Below, piece by piece: positions 39,700 through 54,076 of a stretch of DNA of 64,000 nt (position 1 is the stretch's first letter; each line of letters begins with the position of its first letter). The notes below the pieces were generated by a model. It had not been told where the DNA came from, did no database searches, and worked only from the letters and a program-made list of their open reading frames with translations. This DNA is from Escherichia phage vB_EcoM-pEB20. The DNA lies in the sequence record OP114733. The stretch is one strand, 5' to 3'. The position numbers were made by a program, and so were the translations under genes.

Positions 39700-41682
39700 T
39701 TAGGCACCTACAGCACCAATTAGTTCGTCGAAATCGGCACCCGTTGCTGTTGCTACAAAGTTCAACGTAATATAATTTATCGATCTCGCAGGTTGTAAGT
39801 AGAAAGTAGCTACAAATTCATTACGGTCTATAACTGCTGGTGTGTTATTGGTAGTATCACAAACAACTTTAAAGTTATATACACCACCGAGAGCTTTAAT
39901 ACCCTGTAGATATTGAGAAGTCTCTGTACGGAAAGAAGAACGGGTAAACGCGTTGTTCAATTCAAACAGGCGATATTTGGATGCTGAACCAATGTTCGTT
40001 TTAACCATATTGAACAAACGACGAACGTTAATACGGTCAAATGGTGAAGGAACAGAAGTGGCAGTTTTATCACCGTACAGAACATACCCATCACCACCGG
40101 TACCAGTAACAGGGTTAATAGCTTCCTGATACAAACGATCACGCTGCGCTTGGCGAGTTTCAATTGCAAGCTTAATAACGTTAAGAATTTGTCCACGGTT
40201 ATAACCGGCAGGAGACATCCAAGGCTGAGAAATATTGTCTGTGCGAGCACAAAGACCGGCAATATCAGCAGCTAATGGAACCCAACGATTCACGTCATTA
40301 TATTTGTCATATTGATATTTATAGTTACCGTCAATAGCAGCATAAGTAGAACTTACATTAAAGTTATTATCAGTGTAAGTTCCTGATGCAGTACGCCAAT
40401 CAACCAGATTATCAACTGCACGATTAACAGGAATACCGACTATAGTTGCACGTGGTGGTGAGCAAAGAACCAAGCAATCTTGGCGAGAATCACCAATTGC
40501 TACAACATGTTTCTGAACTGTAGAAGCAACTTCTAAAGATTCACCTGCACAAGAACCAGCAATAAACAACTGCGCATTAACAGATTCGCGGTCAGCAAAC
40601 AAATCCCAAGCTTCCATTAAATCACCAGCGTCAACCGTTTCATTAGATGATAAGCCACCACCCAGTTTGATTACGCCAGAGAAACCTTTTGGCCAACCTT
40701 GTGCAGTAGCGAAAATATAATTGCTTGCGCCTTTAGCAAAGAAATCATCAATAAAGATATTACTACCATAAATATCGCGTTCACCGCGTTTAGTAGAAAG
40801 AACTACACTCTGGACTACAGCATCGTTACGACGAACGATAATTGCATATTGGTCATCAGACTGTGGGCCATATCCAAAGATTGCTTTAGCAGTAGATGCA
40901 CGAGTACCACCATCAGGATAAATTTTTAACTGGGCTGAAGCACCTTTGTCATAGTCTGCTTTAGATACGATTTCAATTTCGAGCTGGTCGCCAAGTTCAC
41001 CAGGATAAAGAGCAACTACGCCCGGGACACCATATTTTTTAATAGATTCTTGGAAAGTTAGAGAAGTAATAGCTTCTTCAGAAGTTTCAACTTCAGTTAA
41101 CAGAATACCCGAATCGGTTACGATAGAACCAATTGTAATAACGCCAGAGAGACCAGAAGAAGAACTGGCAACTTCGGCGGTCCAGTTAGAACCCAATGCC
41201 GGATATTCATTAATTTCTTTTGCACGAGCAATAATTTTACCGGTTGGGATATAAATGTTAAGAATTTTACCATCGACATCAACCGAAGTGACATAACCAT
41301 CTGCTTCAACAGTTTCGGTCAAATACTTAACGATAATTTTATCACCAACTGCATAGTTACTACCAGCAGCAGAGATTGTGAATTCAATATTGCCTGCTAC
41401 AGGAGATGAGTTCTTAGCAGTATCACGGTCAACTGCGCGTACAACACGAAGGTCATTACCATATTGAAGGAAGTTCATAGCAGACATGAAATAATCTGCT
41501 GTATCCGTATTAGGAGTACCAAACATATCAACTAATGCAACTTCATCAGTGATTTGTTTAATCTGGAATGCAGGTCCCCATTGGAATTTTCCAGCCAGGG
41601 CAGCAGTACCAGTGGAGTTATTAACTACAGTACTCTGTACGGTAGTTTCTTTGAGCTCAACGCCCGGAGAGAGAAGTGCCAT
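39700..41682 (-). CDS. 18: Tail sheath protein gp18
   Basis: 660 aa; synteny and length. Confidence 0.92.
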   Translation of the reverse strand: MALLSPGVELKETTVQSTVVNNSTGTAALAGKFQWGPAFQIKQITDEVALVDMFGTPNTDTADYFMSAMNFLQYGNDLRVVRAVDRDTAKNSSPVAGNIEFTISAAGSNYAVGDKIIVKYLTETVEADGYVTSVDVDGKILNIYIPTGKIIARAKEINEYPALGSNWTAEVASSSSGLSGVITIGSIVTDSGILLTEVETSEEAITSLTFQESIKKYGVPGVVALYPGELGDQLEIEIVSKADYDKGASAQLKIYPDGGTRASTAKAIFGYGPQSDDQYAIIVRRNDAVVQSVVLSTKRGERDIYGSNIFIDDFFAKGASNYIFATAQGWPKGFSGVIKLGGGLSSNETVDAGDLMEAWDLFADRESVNAQLFIAGSCAGESLEVASTVQKHVVAIGDSRQDCLVLCSPPRATIVGIPVNRAVDNLVDWRTASGTYTDNNFNVSSTYAAIDGNYKYQYDKYNDVNRWVPLAADIAGLCARTDNISQPWMSPAGYNRGQILNVIKLAIETRQAQRDRLYQEAINPVTGTGGDGYVLYGDKTATSVPSPFDRINVRRLFNMVKTNIGSASKYRLFELNNAFTRSSFRTETSQYLQGIKALGGVYNFKVVCDTTNNTPAVIDRNEFVATFYLQPARSINYITLNFVATATGADFDELIGAVGA

Positions 41683-41709
41683 TTTAATTCCTCTTAATTT
41701 GCTTTATTT

Positions 41710-44026
<2,317 letters not shown>

Positions 44027-44035
44027 ATTTACCTC

Positions 44036-44857
44036 TTATTGTTTTCTAGGACCAGGAGGGGTTGGTGGAGTCGGGATTGGAATATCATGAGTATAAGTTT
44101 GTTCAACTTCACCATTCCAATCTTGTGCTTCAACGTCTCTCGGTTTAATTTCTGTATCAACTGATTCAAAAACACTGGCGGCTGTTTGAAGGTCTCGTTC
44201 ATTAGCATGAAAATCAAGATAAGTCGTTTTAATAAGGCCTTCTGCTGCGCCTACCGGAGGATACATCCATCCATTTACTTCAAATGTTAATGACCACTCT
44301 AAACGTCGACGAGATAAATTATCACCGTCTATTTGTTCATCCATTGCTGCTGCCATCCATACGACTTTAATATCCCTTTCAAATGGAATATCCTGCCCAT
44401 ATTGCTCAATCATAGTCGTATTAAAATGCGGCTGAAAATATGGAATAATTTGCTCAACGATTTGGAACATATCATCTTCATAACGAGTAAAGATGCTCAG
44501 TTCAAAAATCATTTTAATTGGTGATGGGTTGTATTGGTCTACAATATCCTTAGTTGATTTACTCAAAAGAGAGTTATTCAATATATTCGTTTTAAACGTT
44601 GGGTTATAAACGAAATCTACCATTTGGAGATTTATACGTGGTAGAATAGTTTCGACTTTAGCCACATCTTCTTGTGAGTTTATAGAGGTCCATTTATTAA
44701 GTTTCATCATAAAGTGCTCTTTAGATGCATACGTAATAGGAACTCTAATTAATTTATTGCCTGTAGACAATTGACGGTTAACTTGGATATTTGAAAACAA
44801 ATCGCCCATCATTGTGATATATCGCCTGAACGACGAGTTGTAAAAATAGCCAAACAT
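44036..44857 (-). CDS. 15: Tail sheath stabilizer / tail completion protein gp15
   Basis: 273 aa from second ATG; N-terminus MFGYFYNSSFRRY as recalled for T4 gp15. Confidence 0.88.
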   Translation of the reverse strand: MFGYFYNSSFRRYITMMGDLFSNIQVNRQLSTGNKLIRVPITYASKEHFMMKLNKWTSINSQEDVAKVETILPRINLQMVDFVYNPTFKTNILNNSLLSKSTKDIVDQYNPSPIKMIFELSIFTRYEDDMFQIVEQIIPYFQPHFNTTMIEQYGQDIPFERDIKVVWMAAAMDEQIDGDNLSRRRLEWSLTFEVNGWMYPPVGAAEGLIKTTYLDFHANERDLQTAASVFESVDTEIKPRDVEAQDWNGEVEQTYTHDIPIPTPPTPPGPRKQ

Positions 44858-44909
44858 CATTTCTCCTAACCGGCCTTTCGACCGGTGTTTGCTTTATCTT
44901 ATCTATTTA

Positions 44910-45674
44910 TTAATTCATAAACCCATCGTCAAATGGTGAATTTTGTCTACCACGGTTGTTAACTACTACATACGGCTCAACGTATTCACTTGCCTCTGAA
45001 TTGATTTGCTCAACTTCAGAATATTCATCGATATTAATGTCATGGATACCGTCAAGATTTCTAACAGGGTTAAGTTCCAAGTCACTAAATTCAGGTATAT
45101 TGATACCTTCATTTTTCTGAAGCACCGGATTGATTTCTTCGCCAGAGTAAATAAACTTGCCTGCAGTAATTTTACGAATCGCATTTTTACCTACTTGATA
45201 GAATGGGTCATATGGTTCAACCCAGTTAATCTCAAACAAACTGTTGTCCATCGGGAAGTATATTAAATCACCTTCCTTGGGCTCCTGATTGTTGACCTGG
45301 TGTTTGAAAAGACCTGGGTTAATAGATAATGTAACTTCGTCTTGAACTTGCATTCCGAAGTTGCTGAAGAACGATTTCGCTCCTTCATAACCTTCAAAAG
45401 AGTTCAGATATGCAGCAAATTTCCATGCTTTAGTAAATTTATTTTTAAGGTCCTCACCAAAGATAAGGTCCACAGCAACATATTCACGTGGAACATAAAA
45501 ACATTCAATACCGCGCATCTGTATGCTTTCTGCCACTAGAACATCGGCTAATGTCTGACTATTCTCATAGTTATTAAAATTGATAAATGGATTGAGGATT
45601 TCAGTCTCATTTGTCTGAGAATACCCACCACGATTTTCTAGCTTGGCGAAAAGATTTTTATCATAAGTTGCCAT
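44910..45674 (-). CDS. 14: Neck protein gp14
   Basis: 254 aa; synteny. Confidence 0.85.
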   Translation of the reverse strand: MATYDKNLFAKLENRGGYSQTNETEILNPFINFNNYENSQTLADVLVAESIQMRGIECFYVPREYVAVDLIFGEDLKNKFTKAWKFAAYLNSFEGYEGAKSFFSNFGMQVQDEVTLSINPGLFKHQVNNQEPKEGDLIYFPMDNSLFEINWVEPYDPFYQVGKNAIRKITAGKFIYSGEEINPVLQKNEGINIPEFSDLELNPVRNLDGIHDINIDEYSEVEQINSEASEYVEPYVVVNNRGRQNSPFDDGFMN

Positions 45675-45675
45675 A

Positions 45676-46602
45676 TTAACCTACCAAAATACCTGCAGGA
45701 GGGTCCAGTAAATATAACTCTTCTCGTAAAGCTTCTTTCTCTAAACGAGCTTCTTCAATTAATCGAACACCATCAACAGTGACGCCACCCGGTAACATCA
45801 TACCTTGATGTTTAGCAAGAATTTGTCCATTAAGCTCTTTAGCTAATGCAGTTGCATAATCTTTAACCCAGCGGTTGTTATATGCGCCTTGTTTAGTTGC
45901 AGGATCTTCACCAACTCGACGTCCAACCAAATTATGGTCTGGATTATCATAACGTTCAGAAATAGACCATGAATCACGAGGACCGACCTGTCCGTACCCT
46001 ACTGTATTTCCTACCATCTTATGGGTCTCGATATAAGAGCGAACATACGATTCAACGATAATGACATCTTTCTGTCTAAAGTTACCCATTACTTTTAATT
46101 GCTCGTTTGCAGAGTTAAACCAAAAATCTGGAAGAGGAGCAATCATATCTTGAAGCATACCCATATAAGATACTAATTGAGAATAATACCCGAGGTCAGC
46201 GCCAAAAGCGTTCGGACCGTAGAATTTACCACAATTACTACCCATACCACCTGAAACACCAGCCATTCCTAAAAGGAAATCGGTGAACCATGGATAAGTT
46301 GCATTACCATCCATTGAAGTAATAGAGCCAACGTTTGTTCTTATAATTCTTGTTACAGCAAATACATTAGAACCACGCATATCAAATACGCCGTGACGGT
46401 ATTTTTCTTCGTCATCAACAAAAAATACATGGAAACCTTTATTCAACCCGTCAAAATGGTATTCGCCATAAAGTTCTAACGCTCGTGAAATACAATCATA
46501 AATTTGGTCTGTAGTTAATTCAACATTTACAATAGGAGCGCCTAAACGACGTAATATTACATCCTTTAATTCTTTAGGGTTTTGTGCATTATAACCTGAC
46601 AT
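45676..46602 (-). CDS. 13: Neck protein gp13
   Basis: 308 aa; synteny. Confidence 0.85.
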   Translation of the reverse strand: MSGYNAQNPKELKDVILRRLGAPIVNVELTTDQIYDCISRALELYGEYHFDGLNKGFHVFFVDDEEKYRHGVFDMRGSNVFAVTRIIRTNVGSITSMDGNATYPWFTDFLLGMAGVSGGMGSNCGKFYGPNAFGADLGYYSQLVSYMGMLQDMIAPLPDFWFNSANEQLKVMGNFRQKDVIIVESYVRSYIETHKMVGNTVGYGQVGPRDSWSISERYDNPDHNLVGRRVGEDPATKQGAYNNRWVKDYATALAKELNGQILAKHQGMMLPGGVTVDGVRLIEEARLEKEALREELYLLDPPAGILVG

Positions 46603-46614
46603 ATAAATCCTTTA

Positions 46615-46628
46615 GGGCCCGAAGGCCC
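46615..46628 (-). terminator. Stem-loop GGGCC-UUCG-GGCCC between wac and gene 13
   Basis: Read directly; no strong U-tract, followed by the gene 13 RBS. Confidence 0.45.
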
Positions 46629-46634
46629 TTTTCA

Positions 46635-48083
46635 TTAAGCTGTAGGAAGTTCAACCCATGCACCATCTTTGCGAACATAGAATTTACCGTCTGAAGGAGC
46701 ATCTTCAATATATCCAGCGTCCTTAAGAGTTTGGATTTCAGCTTCTGCAGCGGCCAAATCAGTTTCAAGAGTAGCAATTCTAGAAGTTAAACCATTAATT
46801 GTCGTATCATGACTTTTAACTGTAGGCAATATACCGCGTTCTTCAACAGTTGAACCATTTGGGTTGGTGCCATTTATAAGAGTATTTAATGTGTTTACAG
46901 AACCCTTAATTCCTGTGGAATTAGTCCCAACATCAGTTTGAATGTTCTGAATGTCATTACTCAGCCCACCGATAGTTCCTTCGAGCTCTCGAGTACGATA
47001 AAGCAAAGAGCCGTCTGGTTCCGGTTTCCCACCTGAAGCGTCAACACCAACTACGTTATTTAACCATGACACATTAAAACGCAGTCCTGACGAAGAATCA
47101 GAGCCGACAACAGTGTTCAATGCTCCGATAGCATCAGTATTGAGTTTAATACGTCCTTGGATTGTAGTAGGCAAATCATCAGCGCCAATGGCAGTTTCTA
47201 CTGTAGTCAAACGAGGTTTAATACCACCTGATTGATTGAGCTCAAGATTAATGTCGTTTATTGCTGAACTATTTGCATTAGTGGTAGTAATAATAGAAGT
47301 CGTATTAGGATACCCAATAGACTGTTTAATGCCATCCAAGTCAGCATTTTGACGCGACAAAGTTAAATCAATACTGGAAAGACGACTAAACACTGGAGTA
47401 GTGAAAGAAGTGCGAGGTCCCATTTCTTCGCGCAAGTGTTCAACTTCAATAGTTAAAGAGCCGACGTCAGAATCAGCAAATTTAGTTTCTAGATCAGTTA
47501 ATCGAACACCATGGTCAACAATTACTGAGCTATTAGTCATAATACGGCGTTTCATACCAGTGCTATCATTTCCTGGAGTAGGAACCCCATTAATATCTTG
47601 ACCAGTATATTGTCCTAATTCATTTTTAATCCAAAGCAGGTCATTACGAACCGTTCTATAAACTGAATCTGTTTCCTGATTATAAACACCAATATCATCA
47701 GTATTCGCATCAATATGTTCATTCAAATCATTCAATTCACTAGCATGGGTTTGAACTGTGACTTTAATGACATCAATATCTTGGGTGTTCTGGCCTATCT
47801 GTGCAAGAGCATCAATATCCCCAGAAACATCTAAAATGCCTTGAATAACTTTGATATCTTCATTGGCCGTATTCAAAGAAGATGCTATAGTTTTAATATT
47901 AACATCTAACGCTTCTACGTTACGTTGAACTTCAACAATAGGACGGTTCATTACACCTTCAGAACCGTATTTTGTGTCAGCACCTGTTATTTCTTCATCG
48001 TTTTTAATCCATTCAATACGACTCTGACCCGCTTCTGGCGGGCCGTCAACATATGGTAAATCTACCAGAGATATATCAGCCAT
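46635..48083 (-). CDS. wac: Fibritin (whisker antigen control) with C-terminal foldon
   Basis: 482 aa; C-terminal GYIEDAPSDGKFYVRKDGAWVEL matches the foldon motif. Confidence 0.92.
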   Translation of the reverse strand: MADISLVDLPYVDGPPEAGQSRIEWIKNDEEITGADTKYGSEGVMNRPIVEVQRNVEALDVNIKTIASSLNTANEDIKVIQGILDVSGDIDALAQIGQNTQDIDVIKVTVQTHASELNDLNEHIDANTDDIGVYNQETDSVYRTVRNDLLWIKNELGQYTGQDINGVPTPGNDSTGMKRRIMTNSSVIVDHGVRLTDLETKFADSDVGSLTIEVEHLREEMGPRTSFTTPVFSRLSSIDLTLSRQNADLDGIKQSIGYPNTTSIITTTNANSSAINDINLELNQSGGIKPRLTTVETAIGADDLPTTIQGRIKLNTDAIGALNTVVGSDSSSGLRFNVSWLNNVVGVDASGGKPEPDGSLLYRTRELEGTIGGLSNDIQNIQTDVGTNSTGIKGSVNTLNTLINGTNPNGSTVEERGILPTVKSHDTTINGLTSRIATLETDLAAAEAEIQTLKDAGYIEDAPSDGKFYVRKDGAWVELPTA

Positions 48084-49666
48084 TATTTTACCTTAATGAT
48101 ATAGTTTAAAGAAATATTCCATGGGCGAGTTTCATTTCCAATTAATTCTGGACGATTCATGGTATATCTAGAGTTACGCTGAGACGCTGGATCAATTTCA
48201 TATCCTTCGTTAGTAAAATATGAACGGTTATCCCAGTCAAGTCCTTTACGAGTACCAACAAAGTTTGAACGACGAGTATTACCAAATGCACCGGAATCGT
48301 CATATTCGCCAAAACCGCCTGCGTGTTTATGATATGACATCTGTTGTTTTTGCACTTCACCAACATATCCACCGGTACAACCAACTCCTAAACGAGGTTT
48401 ACCAAATTGGTCATTACCATTAACATTAGGGTTAGTTAAATGTGTACCACGACCTGAGCCGCGAACAAATAATCCACGCATATCAGGCAAGCCCGGGTTA
48501 GAAGAGCTACCACCATATCGTGTCCCAATTCTGGAAGCATATACCGGACATTCTGAAGCAGAAACGGTCCCACCGTGACAGAAGCGCCAGTCAGAACTCG
48601 GTAAACTATCTGCAGCCCACATTGTAATAGAGCCAACTGGAAGAATTCTGTCTAATTCATTTTGAGTCACAATACGATTGCCTTGAATATAACCACCAGT
48701 CATATTGACATTACCAGTTATATTAGCGCCACCGGAACCAACCGTCAGCGTATTATTAATGCGAAGAGTGCCATTAATAGTTTGTCCGCCTCGTTGGTGG
48801 ATAACATCAGCATTCCAAGCAAGAGCAGAAGAACCATCGCCACCTGATTGGCTACCCGCTTGTGTAGTTAAACGAACAACTCCACGTAAAGAAGTTGTAG
48901 CACCACGCCCGTTTAATGTTGCGCCGGTCACTACAACTGAAGAGTTGTTACTATTTACTTCAGTCTGTGTCCCTAGTTTAACGACACCTTTATTAGTTTC
49001 TGATGCTACTGAATTCATAAAGGTATAAGGTGAAATTGCATAGCCTTCACGCAGGGTGCCTTGTTGTGCTTGAGCGACTGTAGCCAAACGAACAACACCG
49101 GTAATAGATTCGCTGGCGTCACTATTATTTGGAGCAATTTGTGAAATAAGTTTAATTGCTAATTGCTGGGTTTTTAACGGGGTCATTGCCGTTGTATCGT
49201 CAGAACCAGCTAATGCCGCAGCAGAAGTTGAAATTTTAATTACACCATTTGTTGCTTCTGTTGATACTTTTGTCTGGAATACATTGTCTATTTTTTGATT
49301 CAATTTAAGCGGAGTAATTGATGCATCGTCAATAGTTCCTGTTACTGCTTCATCTTCAGTAGCATAACGAGTTAAGCCATATTGAGTTTCGGTTGCATTA
49401 GGATATTGTAGACGAGCATTCAGTGTTGCCGGAGTAACAGCTTTACTATTATCTAATCCATCAATAACTTCTTGTGGAGTAGCTATTTGAATAATTCCTG
49501 GTGTAGTAGTTGTTGCTTCTGGTACACCATTAACACCTGAAGGAGAAATAGCAGCTAATGCGGCTTGGACATTAGTGACTGTATCTGGAAAATTCGACCC
49601 CGTAGGGTCGAATTCAACGTAAATGGATTCGTTTGAAACGTGTTGGTATGTATTGTTATTACTCAT
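48083..49666 (-). CDS. 12: Short tail fiber protein gp12
   Basis: 527 aa; synteny and length. Confidence 0.9.
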   Translation of the reverse strand: MSNNNTYQHVSNESIYVEFDPTGSNFPDTVTNVQAALAAISPSGVNGVPEATTTTPGIIQIATPQEVIDGLDNSKAVTPATLNARLQYPNATETQYGLTRYATEDEAVTGTIDDASITPLKLNQKIDNVFQTKVSTEATNGVIKISTSAAALAGSDDTTAMTPLKTQQLAIKLISQIAPNNSDASESITGVVRLATVAQAQQGTLREGYAISPYTFMNSVASETNKGVVKLGTQTEVNSNNSSVVVTGATLNGRGATTSLRGVVRLTTQAGSQSGGDGSSALAWNADVIHQRGGQTINGTLRINNTLTVGSGGANITGNVNMTGGYIQGNRIVTQNELDRILPVGSITMWAADSLPSSDWRFCHGGTVSASECPVYASRIGTRYGGSSSNPGLPDMRGLFVRGSGRGTHLTNPNVNGNDQFGKPRLGVGCTGGYVGEVQKQQMSYHKHAGGFGEYDDSGAFGNTRRSNFVGTRKGLDWDNRSYFTNEGYEIDPASQRNSRYTMNRPELIGNETRPWNISLNYIIKVK

Positions 49667-50322
49667 GAGGCTCTCACAAAGTGGTAGAAAACGGTAGGAG
49701 TATTATGGTTATCAAGAGTAACCGTTTGGGCACCCAATAAATTCCATGTTCCGTATCCGGATTTTGCTTCAGACAAAATTTCTTGCGAAATTGTTACACC
49801 AAACGAAGCATATGTTGGCAACACATGACGTTGGTTATCTAAATATGTCACCTGAAGTTTATTACCTTCGGACGGATGGTCTTTATAAGAAGAAATAGCG
49901 ATTTGATTAGCAATGGCTTCTTGTAAAGCTATACGAACTTGTGCCGTTAATTCGTTATCAGTCATACCGATTGTTGCTTTAACCGCAAGTCCAAATACAT
50001 TAATAACGACCGGCGTTCCAGGGGCCAAAGTATCGTCGAGAACATCACCAGAAAAAGTCCAATAATCAACTTGTGCTGTACCTTCAGGCGATATGCCTGA
50101 AGTGTTTGTGACAACAGTACCAATATCAGCTCGTGCCATATTATGGACATCATTTATTGCAGATTCTACGTTAGCATCATAAAAACCACGAGCTAACTGA
50201 GAAATAGTCACGGAACCTACAGCTTGGTTGTTTAAAACATCAATTTGAGCTGGATTTTTTCTGTAATTCAAAAAATCAGCATGACGGGAAATAACTCCCG
50301 CCTTTGTATTAAGTACAGTCAT
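49663..50322 (-). CDS. 11: Baseplate wedge / short tail fiber attachment protein gp11
   Basis: 219 aa from internal ATG; close match to recalled T4 gp11. Confidence 0.88.
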   Translation of the reverse strand: MTVLNTKAGVISRHADFLNYRKNPAQIDVLNNQAVGSVTISQLARGFYDANVESAINDVHNMARADIGTVVTNTSGISPEGTAQVDYWTFSGDVLDDTLAPGTPVVINVFGLAVKATIGMTDNELTAQVRIALQEAIANQIAISSYKDHPSEGNKLQVTYLDNQRHVLPTYASFGVTISQEILSEAKSGYGTWNLLGAQTVTLDNHNTPTVFYHFVRAS

Positions 50323-52127
50323 TATGCAATCCTTACCCAACGGTATACAGTTATAGATGGCTGAATATTAGTTATAGAACGCGCTGGAACATGAGATCCA
50401 TTAGTCTTTGCATGGTCTTCACGATATTTAGTGTAAATAGGACCTTCTTCATCCGGGTCGTATTGGCAACCGCCTATAATTACTGTACCATTATCATCAG
50501 AAATAAGAACCTTTTCGTCGGTTTGTGTAGCCGGTAAATCAGCATTTTCTAATGTGATGGTTGTTACACCAACGGTACCACCTGCGGTATGAGTAGGGTT
50601 ACCATTGACGTCAAGGTCATTATTATTTAATGCAAAATTAGGATCCGACGCGTCGTCATTCCAACCTGCTAATACTTTGCCTTGTCCCCAAATTTTCCAC
50701 GAACCAAAACCTAAATAAGTGGCCGGATTATTAGGGTTAACCGCATTTTCGTAAATAGTCCCGACAGGATAAATTGTATCAAATATTGCTGAGATAGTCG
50801 AGAATTCACGTTCATACTTAGGAACAGGTTCTACATTAGGCCATCCAATTTTATCGAAATCAGTTAATGCAACGTCACCAGTAATTTCAATGTTAGACCC
50901 TTGAGAAACATATTTCTCATCAGCGACATCAAGGATTTCTTCCATTTCAAGAAGAGTTCCTAAATCGTTATTAAACCATGTGATGGTAATAATGTCTTGG
51001 TCTTCAAATTGACGGTCAAACAGAATTGCGCTAGGGATATTATCAGTATATTCAATCGCATAATCTGTATACGATTGAGTCCATGTCCCACCGAGATTAG
51101 CGCATGACTCTTCAGAATCAGCATCCACGCCTTCACAACGGAAAATAGGAGTTCCAACAGTACCAGCTAATTCTTGGAGAATACCATTGAAGCGAACTTC
51201 TAATGAATTCGGGTTAGGTGGTTCCGTAGGATTAATACCAAATGCTGTAAATGGAATAGACCGGAACGTACTCAAATCAGTGACGTAAATACTTCCGTCA
51301 ATAGACTTTTTAGCAGTCAATTTACTATCTAAAATGCGAACTTGGCGACGAGTATATGAACTACGCCACTGAGAAACACCGTCTAGGAATGTCTCAATTT
51401 GTACAGTGTCGCCAACATTACATGGTTGACGTAATCTAATATTAAATCCATCAAGTGCAACCAGTTCACCAGGATTAGCGCCTGGAGAACCAAAATCACT
51501 ATTATCACTGAATACATCACCATAATACAATTCGTTGCCACGATGTTTTACGCGAATGTTGTTAACGTTATAAGAGGTCCCGTTAAAAACATCCATGAAA
51601 TCGGTCTGACCTTGGGTTTCAACCAGATATTCTCTACGAGCAACATTACTAATGTCAGAGCTAACTATTTTATCAATTTGTTTGTTCTTGATGTATTCCC
51701 AACGTCCAGGAGCACAATAAACTAATTCTAAATCAGAGAACTGAACGTTAATTTCTACCGGAGATGAAGAACCTTTAATCGTGTCTCCGTTTGCCGGAAT
51801 TAAAGTAACAGGGTTAATGTTCCAAGTTGCAAATACGTCACGAGCACGAATAACTTTATTATAGTCTGCAATTGTCCCTTTAGGAAGATTTACCGAAACT
51901 CGTCCAGAAGTAGTATTAATTGCATAAGATTTACCCCAAGCAGCCTTAAGATTAAGACCATCAGCCGCATCATAAGTCTTCCATGCACCAGCTGCATAAG
52001 GAACTTCACCATCACCTAATTCATAATAGATTTCGTCAAAGTTCTCATTTATTTTTTCACCACCTCGACGAAGGTAATCGCCTTGTCCGTCATCAACGAC
52101 GTTACCAATTTTAATATTTTGTTTCAT
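50322..52127 (-). CDS. 10: Baseplate wedge protein gp10
   Basis: 601 aa; N-terminus [35 protein letters not shown]. Confidence 0.92.
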   Translation of the reverse strand: MKQNIKIGNVVDDGQGDYLRRGGEKINENFDEIYYELGDGEVPYAAGAWKTYDAADGLNLKAAWGKSYAINTTSGRVSVNLPKGTIADYNKVIRARDVFATWNINPVTLIPANGDTIKGSSSPVEINVQFSDLELVYCAPGRWEYIKNKQIDKIVSSDISNVARREYLVETQGQTDFMDVFNGTSYNVNNIRVKHRGNELYYGDVFSDNSDFGSPGANPGELVALDGFNIRLRQPCNVGDTVQIETFLDGVSQWRSSYTRRQVRILDSKLTAKKSIDGSIYVTDLSTFRSIPFTAFGINPTEPPNPNSLEVRFNGILQELAGTVGTPIFRCEGVDADSEESCANLGGTWTQSYTDYAIEYTDNIPSAILFDRQFEDQDIITITWFNNDLGTLLEMEEILDVADEKYVSQGSNIEITGDVALTDFDKIGWPNVEPVPKYEREFSTISAIFDTIYPVGTIYENAVNPNNPATYLGFGSWKIWGQGKVLAGWNDDASDPNFALNNNDLDVNGNPTHTAGGTVGVTTITLENADLPATQTDEKVLISDDNGTVIIGGCQYDPDEEGPIYTKYREDHAKTNGSHVPARSITNIQPSITVYRWVRIA

Positions 52128-52999
52128 TATTGAGCGACCCCAATTTTCTGAGTTGAGATAATTTTAACTGCCGAACGTAATCCAATAATATCGGATGTAA
52201 TCGTCATAGTAGCAAAGTTGTTAATAATACTAAAGCTAATATTAGCAATCTCGTCGGTTTCATCTACATTACCAACTCGCATTACTGCAAATTCGGTAGA
52301 AAGAACTTCTGAGTTAATTGTATCTATTAGAATATTTATTTCGCATGTTTTTATTTTTCTACCGTCAGCAGATTGGCATGTAACAAGCAATTTAGCCATG
52401 TTATAATCTGTGCGATAAAACAGAGGAATAGAAACTGTGTTTCCTGTAAGACTCCAAGTTCCATCGACAGGAGATTCTTTCTGCCCAAACATGCTATCAG
52501 TAGAATAATTCCATACTGAAGTTGGCCCATTAAGTTCAACACAACGAAGAACAACATGGGTATAAGGGGTGGAAATAACAAGATTATTAAGAACACCTTT
52601 AATCGAACCATCGGTTACTTGGATACTTAAAGGATTGTTAACAGAAATAGACCCATTAGAGTTTATGAATTCTACAGAGTCACCTAATTCAGGACGGTCA
52701 ATAATAACAATCACACCACCATCAGAAGCATCAATATCATGCATAGTGCCTGGTTTAATAGGAGTTTGATAATCGACCGCCTTTCCTTTTTGATAATAAC
52801 CTGTGGCATGAATAGTTTGACCTGTAGGTCCGGTTCCATCTGCTACGGCCATTTTACGTTGATCGCCAAATGCATTGTAAATAGCGTTGATATCGTCATT
52901 TATTTTATTACCACCGTCGAATAAGATATCACCTGTTGAGGCATTACCAATTTCGCCGGTATCGATTAATTGTTTAGGAGTTTGCTTAAAAAATGCCAT
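52127..52999 (-). CDS. 9: Baseplate wedge protein gp9 (long tail fiber socket)
   Basis: 290 aa; close match to recalled T4 gp9. Confidence 0.92.
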   Translation of the reverse strand: MAFFKQTPKQLIDTGEIGNASTGDILFDGGNKINDDINAIYNAFGDQRKMAVADGTGPTGQTIHATGYYQKGKAVDYQTPIKPGTMHDIDASDGGVIVIIDRPELGDSVEFINSNGSISVNNPLSIQVTDGSIKGVLNNLVISTPYTHVVLRCVELNGPTSVWNYSTDSMFGQKESPVDGTWSLTGNTVSIPLFYRTDYNMAKLLVTCQSADGRKIKTCEINILIDTINSEVLSTEFAVMRVGNVDETDEIANISFSIINNFATMTITSDIIGLRSAVKIISTQKIGVAQ

Positions 53000-53032
53000 A
53001 ATTCTGCCTTTTGTTGTCCGATATTATATTCT

Positions 53033-53040
53033 ATTTATAG
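53033..53040 (-). promoter_or_regulatory. Late promoter TATAAATA (minus strand) for gene 9
   Basis: Forward tatttata about 35 nt upstream of the gene 9 start. Confidence 0.6.
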
Positions 53041-53044
53041 ATAC

Positions 53045-53068
53045 AAAAATGGGAGCCCGAAGGCTCCC
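53045..53068 (-). terminator. Terminator after gene 8: GGGAGCC-UUCG-GGCUCCC + AUUUUUG
   Basis: Read directly. Confidence 0.7.
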
Positions 53069-53071
53069 TAA

Positions 53072-54076
53072 TTAAAACATAAACAAAATGTTAATTTCTT
53101 CTGTTTGGTCCATTGCCATAATAACAGGTGGTCGGTTTTCCATATAAATCATTTCACCGGAATGACGTTGCAGGTCTCTAGGGTCGTAATAATCCTTTTC
53201 TGCTTTAACATTAGGGTCATTTGGATTTTTCTTAGCTTCTAACGGGTTTGCGATAATTGATATCTGTCTAAAACCCTTGTTACCAGGCAAAGCTGCCTCA
53301 GGGAAATAAACAGAATCAAAATATGCTTTAAACCGCATCGTATTAGCTTTAACACGGTAAATCAAACCGTAGTCATCTTGTTGCCAAGTTAAGTTATTTT
53401 CATATCCCCAACGGGTGGGGTCTTCTTTAATTTCTTCCGGCCATGGAACTACAAGATATTCGTTAGTGCAACGGTTAATTGACACATCGGCAGGAATCTC
53501 ATAAAGGTATTCCCAAATATATCCATCACCGGTTTCGATAACCCCATTAGCATCGCCTCTGCCTTCAGGAGGAGACATAGAACGAACAGACGGAGTCCAT
53601 TTACCACCCAATTTAAGACATTCATCTTTATTATCTAAAGATTCTATTGAACAGAGCCCTACGTCAGGGACATCTAAACAACGGTAAATTAACCAACCGG
53701 CTCCAACTTCTGTCGCGTTGTACGGAGCAGTATTACATGCGACTATATCGTTAATTCTAAACGTGTAAGGGTCTGGATATCGCACATCTCCCCAATCACG
53801 TCTAGGAATAACAGAATCTAACATTGAAGGTAAAACTTTAACGGTACCCATCATATGGGTCCACATATCAGTAACACCAAGAACAGAATCTGTAGGATAA
53901 GGTGGGGCGAAGCCCACCTCATTTTCATTTGACGCCCAAGGCTCTGAACGTCCAAACGTAATATAAATGGAGTTCTTATCATCTCCATCCCCAACTGAAT
54001 TATAAAAATTCAGCATTTTCTCTGTTCTAAATTTTGATGTAACTATTGCACGATAGATAACACTTGAATCATTCAT
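53072..54076 (-). CDS. 8: Baseplate wedge protein gp8
   Basis: 334 aa, same length as T4 gp8. Confidence 0.9.
   Translation of the reverse strand: MNDSSVIYRAIVTSKFRTEKMLNFYNSVGDGDDKNSIYITFGRSEPWASNENEVGFAPPYPTDSVLGVTDMWTHMMGTVKVLPSMLDSVIPRRDWGDVRYPDPYTFRINDIVACNTAPYNATEVGAGWLIYRCLDVPDVGLCSIESLDNKDECLKLGGKWTPSVRSMSPPEGRGDANGVIETGDGYIWEYLYEIPADVSINRCTNEYLVVPWPEEIKEDPTRWGYENNLTWQQDDYGLIYRVKANTMRFKAYFDSVYFPEAALPGNKGFRQISIIANPLEAKKNPNDPNVKAEKDYYDPRDLQRHSGEMIYMENRPPVIMAMDQTEEINILFMF

Noticed and set aside
44861-44909. Possible late promoter for gene 15 (TAATAAATAG on the minus strand)
   Set aside because: One mismatch from the TATAAATA consensus at the first position; not called without supporting data.
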